64,000 nt of DNA, from NCBI GenBank assembly GCA_902788175.1, contig CADAJF010000007.1:34775-98774 (forward strand), written 5' to 3'. The stretch's first letter is position 1, and each line of letters begins with the position of its first letter. Shown here in pieces: positions 48,527 to 57,878 of the stretch. Origin of the DNA: an uncultured Bacteroidia bacterium. GTDB taxonomy: Bacteria; Bacteroidota; Bacteroidia; Bacteroidales; UBA932. A program made the translations under genes and the position numbers. The notes below the pieces were generated by a model that had not been told where the DNA came from, did not search any database, and worked only from the letters and a program-made list of their open reading frames with translations.

Positions 48527-50524
48527 CTATCCTTTTTTCAAAACTACGGCTGTGCGGGCCGGGAGATACAGCTTGAGTGTATGGTCCCAGGCCTGGTTGC
48601 CGTTAGGGCATCTCTCGGGTATGGCAATGTGATGCTCCCCTTCCTGCAGGCGGGCAAAGCCGTCAAAGCGGGCTGCGTCACTGTCGAGAACATGCACATA
48701 GTCTCCTGCCGGGGCCGAGAAGCCGTAGTCTGCGTAAGAGCCGGCAGGCGAGAAATTCAGTGCAAAGATACAGTTTTTCCGTAGGAAAACCAAGATTTTC
48801 TTCTGCTCGTCGGCTACCAGGAGCTCCGGCCTGTACCTGAGCAGGCCTTCCCGGCGGATAAGGCGGACCATCTCCTCGTCAAACTGCCGGAGCGGGGCGT
48901 AGCGAAGCTCCGGATTATCGGCCAGGGACCACTGCCGACGGGCATATTTGAAAGACCAGCCGTTCCCCTCACGCGGGAAGTCTATCCATTCCGGATGGCC
49001 GAATTCATTGCCCATGAAGGTGAGATAGCCGTCCCCGGCGGTGGCGGCGGTGACCAGGCGAATCAGTTTGTGAAGGGCCACTCCGCGGTCCACCACGGTG
49101 TTTTGCGAGGCCTTGTTCATGGCAAAGTACATCTCCTTGTCCATGAGGCGGAAGATGATAGTCTTGTCCCCCACCAGGGCTTGGTCGTGGCATTCGGCGT
49201 AGGAGATGGTCTTTTCGTCAGCGCGCTTGTTGGTGAGTTCCCACCAGACCTCGCCCATGGACCACTGCTCGTCGCTGCGCTCCTTGATCCACTTGATCCA
49301 GTGGTCTGCCACGCCCATGCTCATGCGGAAATCGAAGCCCACGCCGCCGGCCTTGAAGGGAGCCGCCAGCCCGGCCATGCCGGAAACGTCCTCTGCGATG
49401 GTAAAACCGTTGGGATTCATTTCCTTGACCAGCATGGTGGCCAGGGATAGGTAGATGACGGCGTCTTCGTCCACACCGCCGTCGAAGTACAGGCTGTAGT
49501 TCCCGAAATCCTTGCCCAGGCCGTGGTCCCAGTACAGCATGGAGGTAACGCCGTCAAATCGGAAACCGTCTATCCGGTACTCTTCCATCCAGTATTTTAC
49601 GTTGGACAGGAGGAAGTAGCGGGTCTGGTCCTTGCCGTAGTCGAAGCAGCGGGAGCCCCAGGCGGGATGGTGCCCGGCCTGCCCGTGGTGGAAGTAAAGG
49701 TCCTCCCGGCCGTCAAACTCCGAGAGGCCTTCCAAGGTATTCTCCACGCTGTGGCTGTGTACGATGTCCATGATGACGGCCAGGCCCTTTCCGTGGGCGT
49801 CGTCCACCAGGGCCTTGAACTCCTCCGGCGTGCCGAAACGGGAGCTGAGCGCAAAGAAATTGCTTACCTGGTAGCCGAAGGAGCCGTAATAGGGGTGCTC
49901 CTGCAGGGCCATGATCTGGATGGTGTCGTAGCCCAGTTTCTTGACGCGGGGCAGGACGTCCCGGCGGAATTCCTCGAAGCTGCCCACCTTTTCCTTCTCC
50001 GAGGCCATGCCTATATGGCACTCGTAGATGAGCGGATGGGGGCGTTTCCCGGCATGAGGGTGCTTCCAGGCATAAGGCTGCGCAGGGCTCCAGACCTGGG
50101 CGCTGAAGACTTTGGTCACATCGTCCTGCACTACGCGGGTAACGTAGGAGGGCAGGCGCTCTCCCGCGCCGCCGGGCCACTCGATGAAGAGCTTGTACAG
50201 CTGGCCGTGATGGAGGAAGAGCTCCGGCAGGCAGAGCTCCCAGTTGCCGTTTCCTATGGCTTTCAGGGCATAGCCTTCCGTGCGTTTCCAATTGTTGAAA
50301 TCCCCTATCAGGTAGATGCGGCTGGCATTGGGGGCATACTCCCGGAAGACCCAGCTGCCATCCGCGCAGCGGTGAAGGCCGTAGTAGAGGTGATTGTTCA
50401 CGGCATCCTTCAGAAGCCCCTTTCCGGCTATGTGGGAGAAAGTCTCCCCTATGCGCCTGTGCCTGGCTTCAATAGCCTCTTTATAAGGCAAAAGCCAAGG
50501 ATCTGTTTCGTATATTTTTTTCAT
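48527..50524 (-). CDS. glgB: 1,4-alpha-glucan branching enzyme (GH13)
   Basis: YECHIG, EHPYYGSFGYQV, FRFDGVTSM, AEDVSG, AECHDQ and FMGNEFGHPEWIDFPR motifs. Confidence 0.95.
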   Translation of the reverse strand: MKKIYETDPWLLPYKEAIEARHRRIGETFSHIAGKGLLKDAVNNHLYYGLHRCADGSWVFREYAPNASRIYLIGDFNNWKRTEGYALKAIGNGNWELCLPELFLHHGQLYKLFIEWPGGAGERLPSYVTRVVQDDVTKVFSAQVWSPAQPYAWKHPHAGKRPHPLIYECHIGMASEKEKVGSFEEFRRDVLPRVKKLGYDTIQIMALQEHPYYGSFGYQVSNFFALSSRFGTPEEFKALVDDAHGKGLAVIMDIVHSHSVENTLEGLSEFDGREDLYFHHGQAGHHPAWGSRCFDYGKDQTRYFLLSNVKYWMEEYRIDGFRFDGVTSMLYWDHGLGKDFGNYSLYFDGGVDEDAVIYLSLATMLVKEMNPNGFTIAEDVSGMAGLAAPFKAGGVGFDFRMSMGVADHWIKWIKERSDEQWSMGEVWWELTNKRADEKTISYAECHDQALVGDKTIIFRLMDKEMYFAMNKASQNTVVDRGVALHKLIRLVTAATAGDGYLTFMGNEFGHPEWIDFPREGNGWSFKYARRQWSLADNPELRYAPLRQFDEEMVRLIRREGLLRYRPELLVADEQKKILVFLRKNCIFALNFSPAGSYADYGFSAPAGDYVHVLDSDAARFDGFARLQEGEHHIAIPERCPNGNQAWDHTLKLYLPARTAVVLKKG

Positions 50525-50526
50525 AC

Positions 50527-50715
50527 TTATTCCTCCTCTAAGGAATCAATTTTGTCCTTTACGCTGCGCAGGTACTCGCGGCACTGCTTGAGGAGCTCCT
50601 TGCTGCGGCCCACCAGGGCGTCGATATCGTCCAGCTTGGTTTCCGGATTCTCCACCTTTGCGGCAATCTCTTCCAGCTCCGCAATGGCCTTTGCGTAATC
50701 AAAAACTTCGCTCAT
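50527..50715 (-). CDS. xseB: Exodeoxyribonuclease VII small subunit
   Basis: YAKAIAELEEI...LKQCREYL; follows xseA. Confidence 0.9.
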   Translation of the reverse strand: MSEVFDYAKAIAELEEIAAKVENPETKLDDIDALVGRSKELLKQCREYLRSVKDKIDSLEEE

Positions 50716-52052
50716 GCTATGTGTACTTTATTGTTGTCCAACTTTTCGCTGTAAATCTCCTCCACTTTGGCGCTGAGGGAGCCGTCGTTGAAACGCACGC
50801 CTATGCAGTCCCCTACGGCCACTTTATCCACGGTTTTGAGCACCTGGTGGTCTTTTCCGGTAACCAGCACATAGCCCAGCGACAGGATATTGCGCGGGTC
50901 CGTGGCCTTGATGCGGGCTTCCCTGAGGGCCAGGGCGGAATACTCCTGGCTAAGGCGGGCCGATGCAGCAAACTGCAGCCTGTGCGCAGCACTGTCTTTC
51001 AGGCGCGCCACCTCGCTGAATTTGTGCAGCAGCCCCCTTGAAATGCGCCCCTGCGAGCGCACAAGGGCATTTTCCCGGGCCGACAACTTCCTGCCAAGTC
51101 CCAGGCGGATGCGTCCCTGAAGCTGCGAAAGCACCCGCTCCAAGCCGGCAAAACGCTGCTGTACGGCATCCCCTACGCGGCGCTGCAGGCGGTCCAGCCG
51201 GCTGTCCTGCAAGCGGTAGGCTTCCAAGAATAAATCCGCCAGGGCGGTGGGCGTTTTGACGGAGGTGTTGGCCACCATATCGGCGATATGAACGTCCCGC
51301 TCATGGCCGATAGCCGTGATTACCGGCACCGGGCACGTTGCGATGCTTACTGCAAGGGGATAGTCGTCGAAACAGGAGAGGTCCAGTTCGCTGCCGCCGC
51401 CGCGGAGGATGAGGATGGCGTCACACGCACTCCCCGCCGCCGCTTCCAGGGCCTCCATGATGGAGGCGGGCGCCTGTTCCCCCTGCATGAGGGCCTCATA
51501 CAGCTGCACGTGGAAAGCATAGCCTTCCGGATTCTCCAGCAGGTGTTTGCAGAAATCCCCGTAGCCGGCCGCCGTGGGGGAACTGATTACCGCCAGGCGG
51601 TAAGGGATATCCGGCAGGGCCAGTTCCTTCTGCAGCTCCATATAGCCGCCGCTGGTGAGCCGCTCGATGGAGCGCTTCCGCTCCAGCGCTTTTTCCCCCA
51701 GCGTGAAGGCAGGGTCTATCTGGTCTATGAAAAGACTTACGCCGTAGAGTTCACTGTAACTCACCTGTACCCGCACCAGCACCGTGATGCCGGCCTTGAG
51801 GACCTGCCCGGTAGCTTGCTCGAAAAAGCCCTTGAGCTGCGGGAAATGCCATTTCCAGATCATGGCGCGGGATTCGGCCACCTGCTTGCCGGCTTTGCTC
51901 TGGCTAAGGCTAAGATAGCAATGACCGCTGGCGCGGGGGCTCCAGGAGCTGATTTCCGCCTTAACCCAGTAGCGCCCCGGGAAAGCTTCCGCCAGGCTTT
52001 CCTTGATGCTTTCCTGCAAGTCCAACAGGTCCATGTAATCCCTATCCTTCAT
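50712..52052 (-). CDS. xseA: Exodeoxyribonuclease VII large subunit
   Basis: WVKAEIS, SGHCY, RGGGS, IGHERD and TPTA motifs. Confidence 0.95.
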   Translation of the reverse strand: MKDRDYMDLLDLQESIKESLAEAFPGRYWVKAEISSWSPRASGHCYLSLSQSKAGKQVAESRAMIWKWHFPQLKGFFEQATGQVLKAGITVLVRVQVSYSELYGVSLFIDQIDPAFTLGEKALERKRSIERLTSGGYMELQKELALPDIPYRLAVISSPTAAGYGDFCKHLLENPEGYAFHVQLYEALMQGEQAPASIMEALEAAAGSACDAILILRGGGSELDLSCFDDYPLAVSIATCPVPVITAIGHERDVHIADMVANTSVKTPTALADLFLEAYRLQDSRLDRLQRRVGDAVQQRFAGLERVLSQLQGRIRLGLGRKLSARENALVRSQGRISRGLLHKFSEVARLKDSAAHRLQFAASARLSQEYSALALREARIKATDPRNILSLGYVLVTGKDHQVLKTVDKVAVGDCIGVRFNDGSLSAKVEEIYSEKLDNNKVHIA

Positions 52053-52059
52053 ACCTCTA

Positions 52060-52067
52060 CAAAAATA
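52060..52067 (-). promoter_or_regulatory. -7 promoter box (TATTTTTG) for the xseA-glycogen gene run
   Basis: TAnnTTTG ending 7 nt before the xseA ATG. Confidence 0.6.
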
Positions 52068-52098
52068 ATAAAAAATCCGCGGAACTCCGCGGAATGGA

Positions 52099-52836
52099 CT
52101 ATAAATCAGGGGTGAAATGCGGAATGGGCCGCAGCTTGAAAAGGTTTAGCTCATGCTTTCTGTCTATGAGCGCCTTGGTATCAGGGTCTTCGCAGACGCC
52201 CGTGCGTATGTAGCGGTCCAGCACGGCATAGGTGAAGCCCAGGTTGTCCTCGTCTGTTTTGCCGCAGAGGCCGTCGGAGGGCACTTTTCCCACCAGGTCC
52301 AGCGGGAGGCCCAGTTCCTTGCCCACGGCAATCACTTCCGCCACCGTAAGGCCGCCAAGGGGCGAGAAGTCCCCCGCAGCGTCTCCCCAGCGGGTGCTGT
52401 AGCCCACCCAGTCCTCGGAGAGGTTGCAGGTGTTCACCACGCGGCCGTTGTTGCTCTGGGAGATGGCATACACGGCCGTCATCCGCAGGCGCGGGGCCAT
52501 GTTGATGCGCGTCTGGTCGCTGGCGGGCTGCCCCAGGGCCTCCTCCACCTCACTCATCAGCGCATCGAAGGAGTGGCCGATATTGACGTTATAGTGCCTG
52601 ATACCCAGGTGGGCAATCAGGCGCATGGAGTCATCGATATCCGGCTGTACGCCGTTGGGCATGGTAACGCCTATCACACGCTCTACGCCCAGTGCCTCCA
52701 CGCACAGGGCCGCGCACACGCTGCTGTCCTTGCCGCCGGAAATGCCCAGCACCGCATTGCAGCCTTTCCCGTTTTCTTCGAACCAGTCCCGGATCCATCG
52801 GACGCAGGCGTCCTTTACTGTCTTTGCATCGAACAT
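52099..52836 (-). CDS. nadE: NH3-dependent NAD+ synthetase (single domain)
   Basis: GISGGKDS, RLRM, GYSTRWGD, PSDGL and DEDNLG motifs; 245 aa with no glutaminase domain. Confidence 0.93.
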   Translation of the reverse strand: MFDAKTVKDACVRWIRDWFEENGKGCNAVLGISGGKDSSVCAALCVEALGVERVIGVTMPNGVQPDIDDSMRLIAHLGIRHYNVNIGHSFDALMSEVEEALGQPASDQTRINMAPRLRMTAVYAISQSNNGRVVNTCNLSEDWVGYSTRWGDAAGDFSPLGGLTVAEVIAVGKELGLPLDLVGKVPSDGLCGKTDEDNLGFTYAVLDRYIRTGVCEDPDTKALIDRKHELNLFKLRPIPHFTPDL

Positions 52837-52838
52837 AA

Positions 52839-54146
52839 TTACTTGGCTCTGGTATAGACCTGGATGGGGCAGCCCTCGAAGTCAAAGTGCTGCCGGAGCT
52901 TGTTTTCCAGGAAACGCTTGTAAGGTTCCTTTACCCACTGGGGCAGGTTGCAGAAGAAGGCAAACTGCGGGGTGCGGGTAGGAAGCTGCGTTACATACTT
53001 GATTTTGATATACTTACCCTTCCATGCCGGCGGCGGATAGTTCTCTATTTCCGGCAGCATGGCGTCGTTGAGCTGGGAGGTGGATATCTTGCGGCTCATG
53101 TTCTGTGCCACGCGGGCGGCGGCATCCAGCACGTCCAGGATGCGCTGCTTGTTAAGGACGGAGGTAAAGATGATGGGAAGGTCGTTGAAGGGGGCCAGGC
53201 GGGCTCTCAGGCCCTCCGTGTATTCCTTCATGGTGTTCACGCCTTTCTCGAAAAGGTCCCATTTGTTCACCACCAGCACGCAGCCCTTGCGGTTTTTCTG
53301 GATGATGTTGAAGATGTTCATATCCTGCGCCTCCAGGCCCAGGTTGGCATCGATCATGAGGATGCAGACGTCGCTGTGCTCTATAGTGCGCATGGCCCGC
53401 AGGACGGAGTAGAACTCCAGGTCCTCGGTCACTTTGCCCCGCTTGCGCATGCCGGCGGTATCCACCAGCATGAACTCATGGCCAAACTTATTGTAATAGG
53501 TGGAGATGGAGTCCCGCGTGGTGCCGGCAACCGGCGTCACGATATTGCGCTCCTCTCCCAGGAGGGCGTTGGTAAGGGAGCTCTTGCCCACGTTCGGGCG
53601 CCCTACGATGGCAATGTGCGGCAGGTCCGCGTGGTCTTCATCGGCGGTGCACTCTTCCGGAAGCACACGCAAAATCTCGTCCAGGAGGTCTCCGGTGCCG
53701 GAACCGTTGGCGGCCGATATGCTCCAGACCTCTCCCAGCCCCAGGCCGTAGAAGTCGAAGGCGTCGTACATCTTCTCGCCGCTGTCCACCTTGTTCACGC
53801 AAAGGACCACCGGCTTGCGGCTGCGGCGCAGGATGTCTGCAATCTCTGCATCGTAGTCCGTGATACCCGTGGCGGCCTCCACCATGAAGAGCACGGCTTC
53901 GGCCTCCTCTATAGCGATGGCTACCTGGCGGCGGATGGCGTCTTCGAAGACGTCATCGCTGCCCGACGTATAACCGCCCGTATCCACTACGGAAAATTCC
54001 CGGCCATTCCATTCGCACTTGCCGTAATGCCGGTCACGGGTTACGCCGGCTGTCTCATCCACAATTGCCTGACGCATGCCAACCAGGCGGTTGAACAGCG
54101 TTGACTTTCCAACGTTCGGTCTCCCGACTATCGCAACTAAAGCCAT
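52839..54146 (-). CDS. der: Ribosome biogenesis GTPase Der
   Basis: Two GRPNVGKS P-loops, DTGG/DTAG, NKVD/NKWD; start set at ATG 54146, downstream of a -7 box at 54164-54171. Confidence 0.97.
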   Translation of the reverse strand: MALVAIVGRPNVGKSTLFNRLVGMRQAIVDETAGVTRDRHYGKCEWNGREFSVVDTGGYTSGSDDVFEDAIRRQVAIAIEEAEAVLFMVEAATGITDYDAEIADILRRSRKPVVLCVNKVDSGEKMYDAFDFYGLGLGEVWSISAANGSGTGDLLDEILRVLPEECTADEDHADLPHIAIVGRPNVGKSSLTNALLGEERNIVTPVAGTTRDSISTYYNKFGHEFMLVDTAGMRKRGKVTEDLEFYSVLRAMRTIEHSDVCILMIDANLGLEAQDMNIFNIIQKNRKGCVLVVNKWDLFEKGVNTMKEYTEGLRARLAPFNDLPIIFTSVLNKQRILDVLDAAARVAQNMSRKISTSQLNDAMLPEIENYPPPAWKGKYIKIKYVTQLPTRTPQFAFFCNLPQWVKEPYKRFLENKLRQHFDFEGCPIQVYTRAK

Positions 54147-54189
54147 AACAGAAAAATTTTCTGCAAAGATACAATATTTTTGCCGATAC

Positions 54190-55374
54190 TTAACGCCAGA
54201 TGCGAACTGCGAGCCACAGGACAAGGGCGAAAAGGGCGGCCAGCAGCAGGTTGTAAAGGAGGGTGAGGGGATAATGAAAGGGCTGCGGAGCGTTCTCAAA
54301 GGGCGATTCCTTTTGGGAAGCATCGTAGCGGGCAAAGGGGTTGGTGTAGATAACCGCCCCATCCGGAAAAAAGGCCGTGAAACGGGCATAAGGCTCTTCC
54401 GGCAGCAGGCGGTAACTCACGCTCAGCGTGTCCTGCACCAGCAGCAGCGTGCGGTGGTCCTGCCCCGTAACTCGGATACTGTCGGCCGGTTCAGAGAGGG
54501 TCATATACAGGTTCTCCCCGTCCACGCCGATATCGGCAATAAAAGGAAGGTCTTGGTTCTCAGCTATTTTTACCGCCCAGTCCCCTTCCCCGTAATCCGG
54601 CACGCGCATGGCGTAGAAGCAGCCGCTCCGCAGTGCCGCCAACAGGTCCTCATAACGGGCCGAGGGGGTGCGCACAAAGTTGCAGCGGATGGCGATGCGC
54701 TCCGGGTGCTCCGGGTGATGGAGGTCGTCGTTGGCCAGGCCAAAGCTGTAGTGCCCGGCGCTGAGCGCCCAGTCCCAGTACGTGTTTTCCGTGCTCACGT
54801 GGGTGTCCAGCTCCATGAGCGAATAGCCGGAAAGGCGCTCCAGACGCCCTTTTGAAAGGCCCAGCGTGCGGTAGGGGTGGTTGATCTGGAGAAGGTCTGC
54901 ATCGGCCCCCAGGCGGTCCAGCTCGAACTGAAGCTGGGAGGCCATCAGGGGCAGCAGCGGATTCCAGTGCTTGACCCCGGGACTGCCGAAGACCAGTTTA
55001 TGGAACTTGAAGGGGCTGTAGCCTTGCTCGTACACGTTCACCTGGAGGGTGGAGTCGAAGGGGTGAGGCGTTAGCTCGTTGTGATTGGAGAAGGTGACTA
55101 TCTCGTAGCCCAGGCTGCGGTACACGCTGTCTGTGTAGGCGGCATCGTGCGGACACTCGTTGGGGGGCCAGGGGCCGCTCACCCGCGTGTGGGTGTGGAA
55201 ATTGGCCCGTTTCCAGCTGCCGGCCGAGTCCAGCGCCTGATAGGGATTGAATACGTCTTTCCCGCTGAAGGGCTTCGGGGCCCGGAAACGATAAACGGGA
55301 CTGACACTGCTGAGCAAAACAGCCAGCAGTGCCAGTAGCGTCAGTGTCCCGAGGACTTTTACAAGCCCCTTCAT
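54190..55374 (-). CDS. Membrane-anchored PHP-domain (putative phosphoesterase) protein
   Basis: FHTHT, SNHN, INHP and NDDLH metal-ligand motifs; hydrophobic segments at both termini. Confidence 0.65.
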   Translation of the reverse strand: MKGLVKVLGTLTLLALLAVLLSSVSPVYRFRAPKPFSGKDVFNPYQALDSAGSWKRANFHTHTRVSGPWPPNECPHDAAYTDSVYRSLGYEIVTFSNHNELTPHPFDSTLQVNVYEQGYSPFKFHKLVFGSPGVKHWNPLLPLMASQLQFELDRLGADADLLQINHPYRTLGLSKGRLERLSGYSLMELDTHVSTENTYWDWALSAGHYSFGLANDDLHHPEHPERIAIRCNFVRTPSARYEDLLAALRSGCFYAMRVPDYGEGDWAVKIAENQDLPFIADIGVDGENLYMTLSEPADSIRVTGQDHRTLLLVQDTLSVSYRLLPEEPYARFTAFFPDGAVIYTNPFARYDASQKESPFENAPQPFHYPLTLLYNLLLAALFALVLWLAVRIWR

Positions 55375-55625
55375 TCCTTGGTGAATAAGCCGCAGGAGGC
55401 GCAGGCATCGGAATAATTCCCGTCGCAGAGCTTCCTGCCTTTCTTTTTGGAGGAGAGCATTTCCAGCTCTTCCTGCTTGGCACATTTGATGCCCCGCTTG
55501 CGCATTTCAGGGTTCGTGGAGATTTCTCCGTCCGGGAAGGGCTTTTTGAAAAAGAAGATGTTCACGCCCAGCAGCAGCACGGCGAGTCCCACGAAGATGA
55601 TTGCAGCCAGAAGGGTTTTTGCCAC
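55371..55625 (-). CDS. Small membrane protein with Cys-rich C-terminus
   Basis: N-terminal TM, FP..EIS.NP.MRKRGI.C, CDGNYSDACASC; abuts prs and overlaps the next gene (ATGA). Confidence 0.7.
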   Translation of the reverse strand: MAKTLLAAIIFVGLAVLLLGVNIFFFKKPFPDGEISTNPEMRKRGIKCAKQEELEMLSSKKKGRKLCDGNYSDACASCGLFTKE

Positions 55626-56621
55626 TTAAAGCGGGAATTCAGAGGAAATGGGTTCGTAGTTATACACGCGGAGGATCATCCGGGCAAAGGTTTCCGACAG
55701 GCTTACCACGCGGAATTTGCTCTGGAAGGCCTTCTTGGAGGGATCCAGCGGAATGGTATCCGTCACGTACACCTCACTGAGGGCGCTCTTGTCAATGCGC
55801 TCATAGGCGGGGCCGGAGAGCACGGCATGGGTGGCGAAGGCGCGCACGCTGTTGGCGCCGCGGCGGAGGAGCTCGTTGGCGGCTTCCGTGAGGGTGCCGG
55901 CGGTGTCGATGATATCGTCGATGATCACGATGTCACGGCCTTCCACCTCTCCGATGGGGACAATCTTTTCAATGACATTGGCCTTGGCGCGCGTCTTGTG
56001 GCAGATGACCACCGGCGTGTGCAGTCGCTTGGCGTAGGCGTTCACGCGCTTGGCACCGCCCATGTCCGGGGCTGCCAGGGTAAGGGTGTCCTTGAACTGT
56101 TCGTGCAGCTTTTTCAGGATGGTGAGGAAGTCATAGCTGGCGTAGAGGTGGTTCACCGGAAGGTCGAAGAAGCCTTGGATCTGGTCTGCGTGAAGGTCGC
56201 AGGTCATGACTGCATCGGCGCCGGCCACTTTGAGCATGTTGGCCACCAGTTTTGCGCCGATGGAAGTGCGGGGTTTGTCCTTGCGGTCCTGTCGGGCCCA
56301 GCCGTAATAGGGAATGACGGCAATCACCTTGTTGGCCGATGCACGCTTGGCGGCATCGATGGCCAGCAGGAGTTCCATCAGGTTGTCCGCCGAGGGGAAG
56401 GTGGACTGGATAATGAAGCAGGTGGCACCTCTTATGCTCTCTGCGTAATAAGGTTGGAACTCACCATCGCTGAAGCGGGCCACATCCAGGGGGCCCAGGA
56501 CAACGTCCGGGTCCGTCTCCGGCTTCATGTGGTTCATGGCAGTCACTACCTTCTCCGCGAAATAGCGGGAAGCGTCACAGGTAAACAGCGCCATCCGGTG
56601 CTTATGGACATCGTTGATCAT
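55626..56621 (-). CDS. prs: Ribose-phosphate pyrophosphokinase
   Basis: FSDGE, YYGWARQDRK, DLHADQIQGFF and IDDIIDTAGT motifs. Confidence 0.97.
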   Translation of the reverse strand: MINDVHKHRMALFTCDASRYFAEKVVTAMNHMKPETDPDVVLGPLDVARFSDGEFQPYYAESIRGATCFIIQSTFPSADNLMELLLAIDAAKRASANKVIAVIPYYGWARQDRKDKPRTSIGAKLVANMLKVAGADAVMTCDLHADQIQGFFDLPVNHLYASYDFLTILKKLHEQFKDTLTLAAPDMGGAKRVNAYAKRLHTPVVICHKTRAKANVIEKIVPIGEVEGRDIVIIDDIIDTAGTLTEAANELLRRGANSVRAFATHAVLSGPAYERIDKSALSEVYVTDTIPLDPSKKAFQSKFRVVSLSETFARMILRVYNYEPISSEFPL

Positions 56622-57214
56622 AAAGTTTGTAGTATTGAGCCTATGTAGTTAAGGATTTCTTCTTTGCCGGTGCCCTTTACGGAAGAGGACACAAAGACGG
56701 GCGGCAGTTCCTCCCAGTCCTCCAGGAGACGGCCTTTGTTCTTAAGAATCTGCTGCTCGAGGGCTTCCTGGCCCTGTTTGTCCGCTTTGGTAAAGATAAT
56801 GCCGAAGGGGATGCCCTTTTCTCCCAGCTCTGCGATAAAGCGAAGGTCCACCTCCTGCATATCGTGGCGGGAATCTGCCAGGACCATGAGCATCACCAGC
56901 TCCGGGGAATGGTTGATATAGTCCCAGATCATGTGCCTTAGGCGGGCGCGGTCTTTGTCCGGCAGTTTGGCATAGCCGTAACCGGGAAGATCCACCAGGT
57001 ACCATTTGTCGTTGATGAGGAAGTGGTTCACCAGCTGGGTTTTGCCGGGAGTCTGGGAAGTTTTGGCCAGCTTGGAGTTGGCGGTGAGCATGTTGATGAG
57101 GGAGCTCTTCCCCACATTGGAGCGGCCGATAAAAGCGAATTCCGGCAACCTGGGCTGGGGTCTTTGCCCCACCCTGGTGCTGCTGCCCTTGAATTCCGCC
57201 TTGGTGATTTTCAT
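56618..57214 (-). CDS. engB: GTP-binding protein EngB/YihA/YsxC
   Basis: GRSNVGKSS, PGKT, DLPGYG and TKADK motifs; start set at ATG 57214. Confidence 0.95.
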   Translation of the reverse strand: MKITKAEFKGSSTRVGQRPQPRLPEFAFIGRSNVGKSSLINMLTANSKLAKTSQTPGKTQLVNHFLINDKWYLVDLPGYGYAKLPDKDRARLRHMIWDYINHSPELVMLMVLADSRHDMQEVDLRFIAELGEKGIPFGIIFTKADKQGQEALEQQILKNKGRLLEDWEELPPVFVSSSVKGTGKEEILNYIGSILQTL

Positions 57215-57271
57215 GATACTCCCTTTTGGCCTTTTGGCCCCTTTTGCCTTACCCCGCCGGCTTCGGCCGTG

Positions 57272-57312
57272 CAAAGATACAAAGAATAATTGGCGAAAAA
57301 AAGCTATCTTTG
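57272..57312. promoter_or_regulatory. Divergent -7 boxes for engB (-, 57272-57279) and tadA (+, 57305-57312)
   Basis: TATCTTTG on both strands. Confidence 0.65.
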
Positions 57313-57319
57313 CACGCAG

Positions 57320-57754
57320 ATGGAGCAAGATGAAAAGTTTATGCGGGAAGCCCTGCGGGAAGCGCAGGCAGCCCAGGCCGAGGGAGAAATCCCTATCGGC
57401 GCAGTAGTGGTGTGGAAAGGGCGTATCATCGGCCGGGGACACAACCTGACAGAGCGCCTGCGGGACTCTACCGCCCACGCGGAGATGATAGCCATCACCT
57501 CCGCCACAGAAACCATGGGCGGCAAGTACCTGAGCGACTGCACCCTCTATGTCACGGTAGAGCCCTGTCCCATGTGCGCCGGCGCCCTGGCCTGGTCCCA
57601 GATGGGGCGCATCGTTTACGGCGCCCCGGATCCCCGCCGCGGCTACTCCCTCTTCTCCCCCTCCCTGCTCCACCCCCGCACCCAAGTCACCGGCGGCATC
57701 CTCCTGGAAGACTGCTCCGCCCTCATGCTCTCCTTCTTCCGCGACAAGCGCTAA
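57320..57754 (+). CDS. tadA: tRNA-specific adenosine deaminase
   Basis: EIPIGAV, HAE, EPCPMC and C-terminal FFRDKR. Confidence 0.88.
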   Translation: MEQDEKFMREALREAQAAQAEGEIPIGAVVVWKGRIIGRGHNLTERLRDSTAHAEMIAITSATETMGGKYLSDCTLYVTVEPCPMCAGALAWSQMGRIVYGAPDPRRGYSLFSPSLLHPRTQVTGGILLEDCSALMLSFFRDKR

Positions 57755-57790
57755 CCCCCTCCTCCTCCGTGATCGGCAAATAGCTGTGTA

Positions 57791-57865
57791 TGAGGCGATT
57801 ATAAAAATCAATCGTTGCAAATTGCAACGATAAATTTCTGGAAGCGGCTGTGAATCAGGGGGTTG
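57791..57865 (+). repeat. 75-bp palindrome-containing element, copy A
   Basis: 64/75 identical to the reverse complement of 60502-60576; core ATCGTTGCAA-A-TTGCAACGAT. Confidence 0.9.
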
Positions 57866-57878
57866 GGTTACAGGGGTA

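Noticed and set aside
57222-57250. Three CTTTTG(G)C units in the engB leader
   Set aside because: Too short and imperfect to support phase variation or a binding array.
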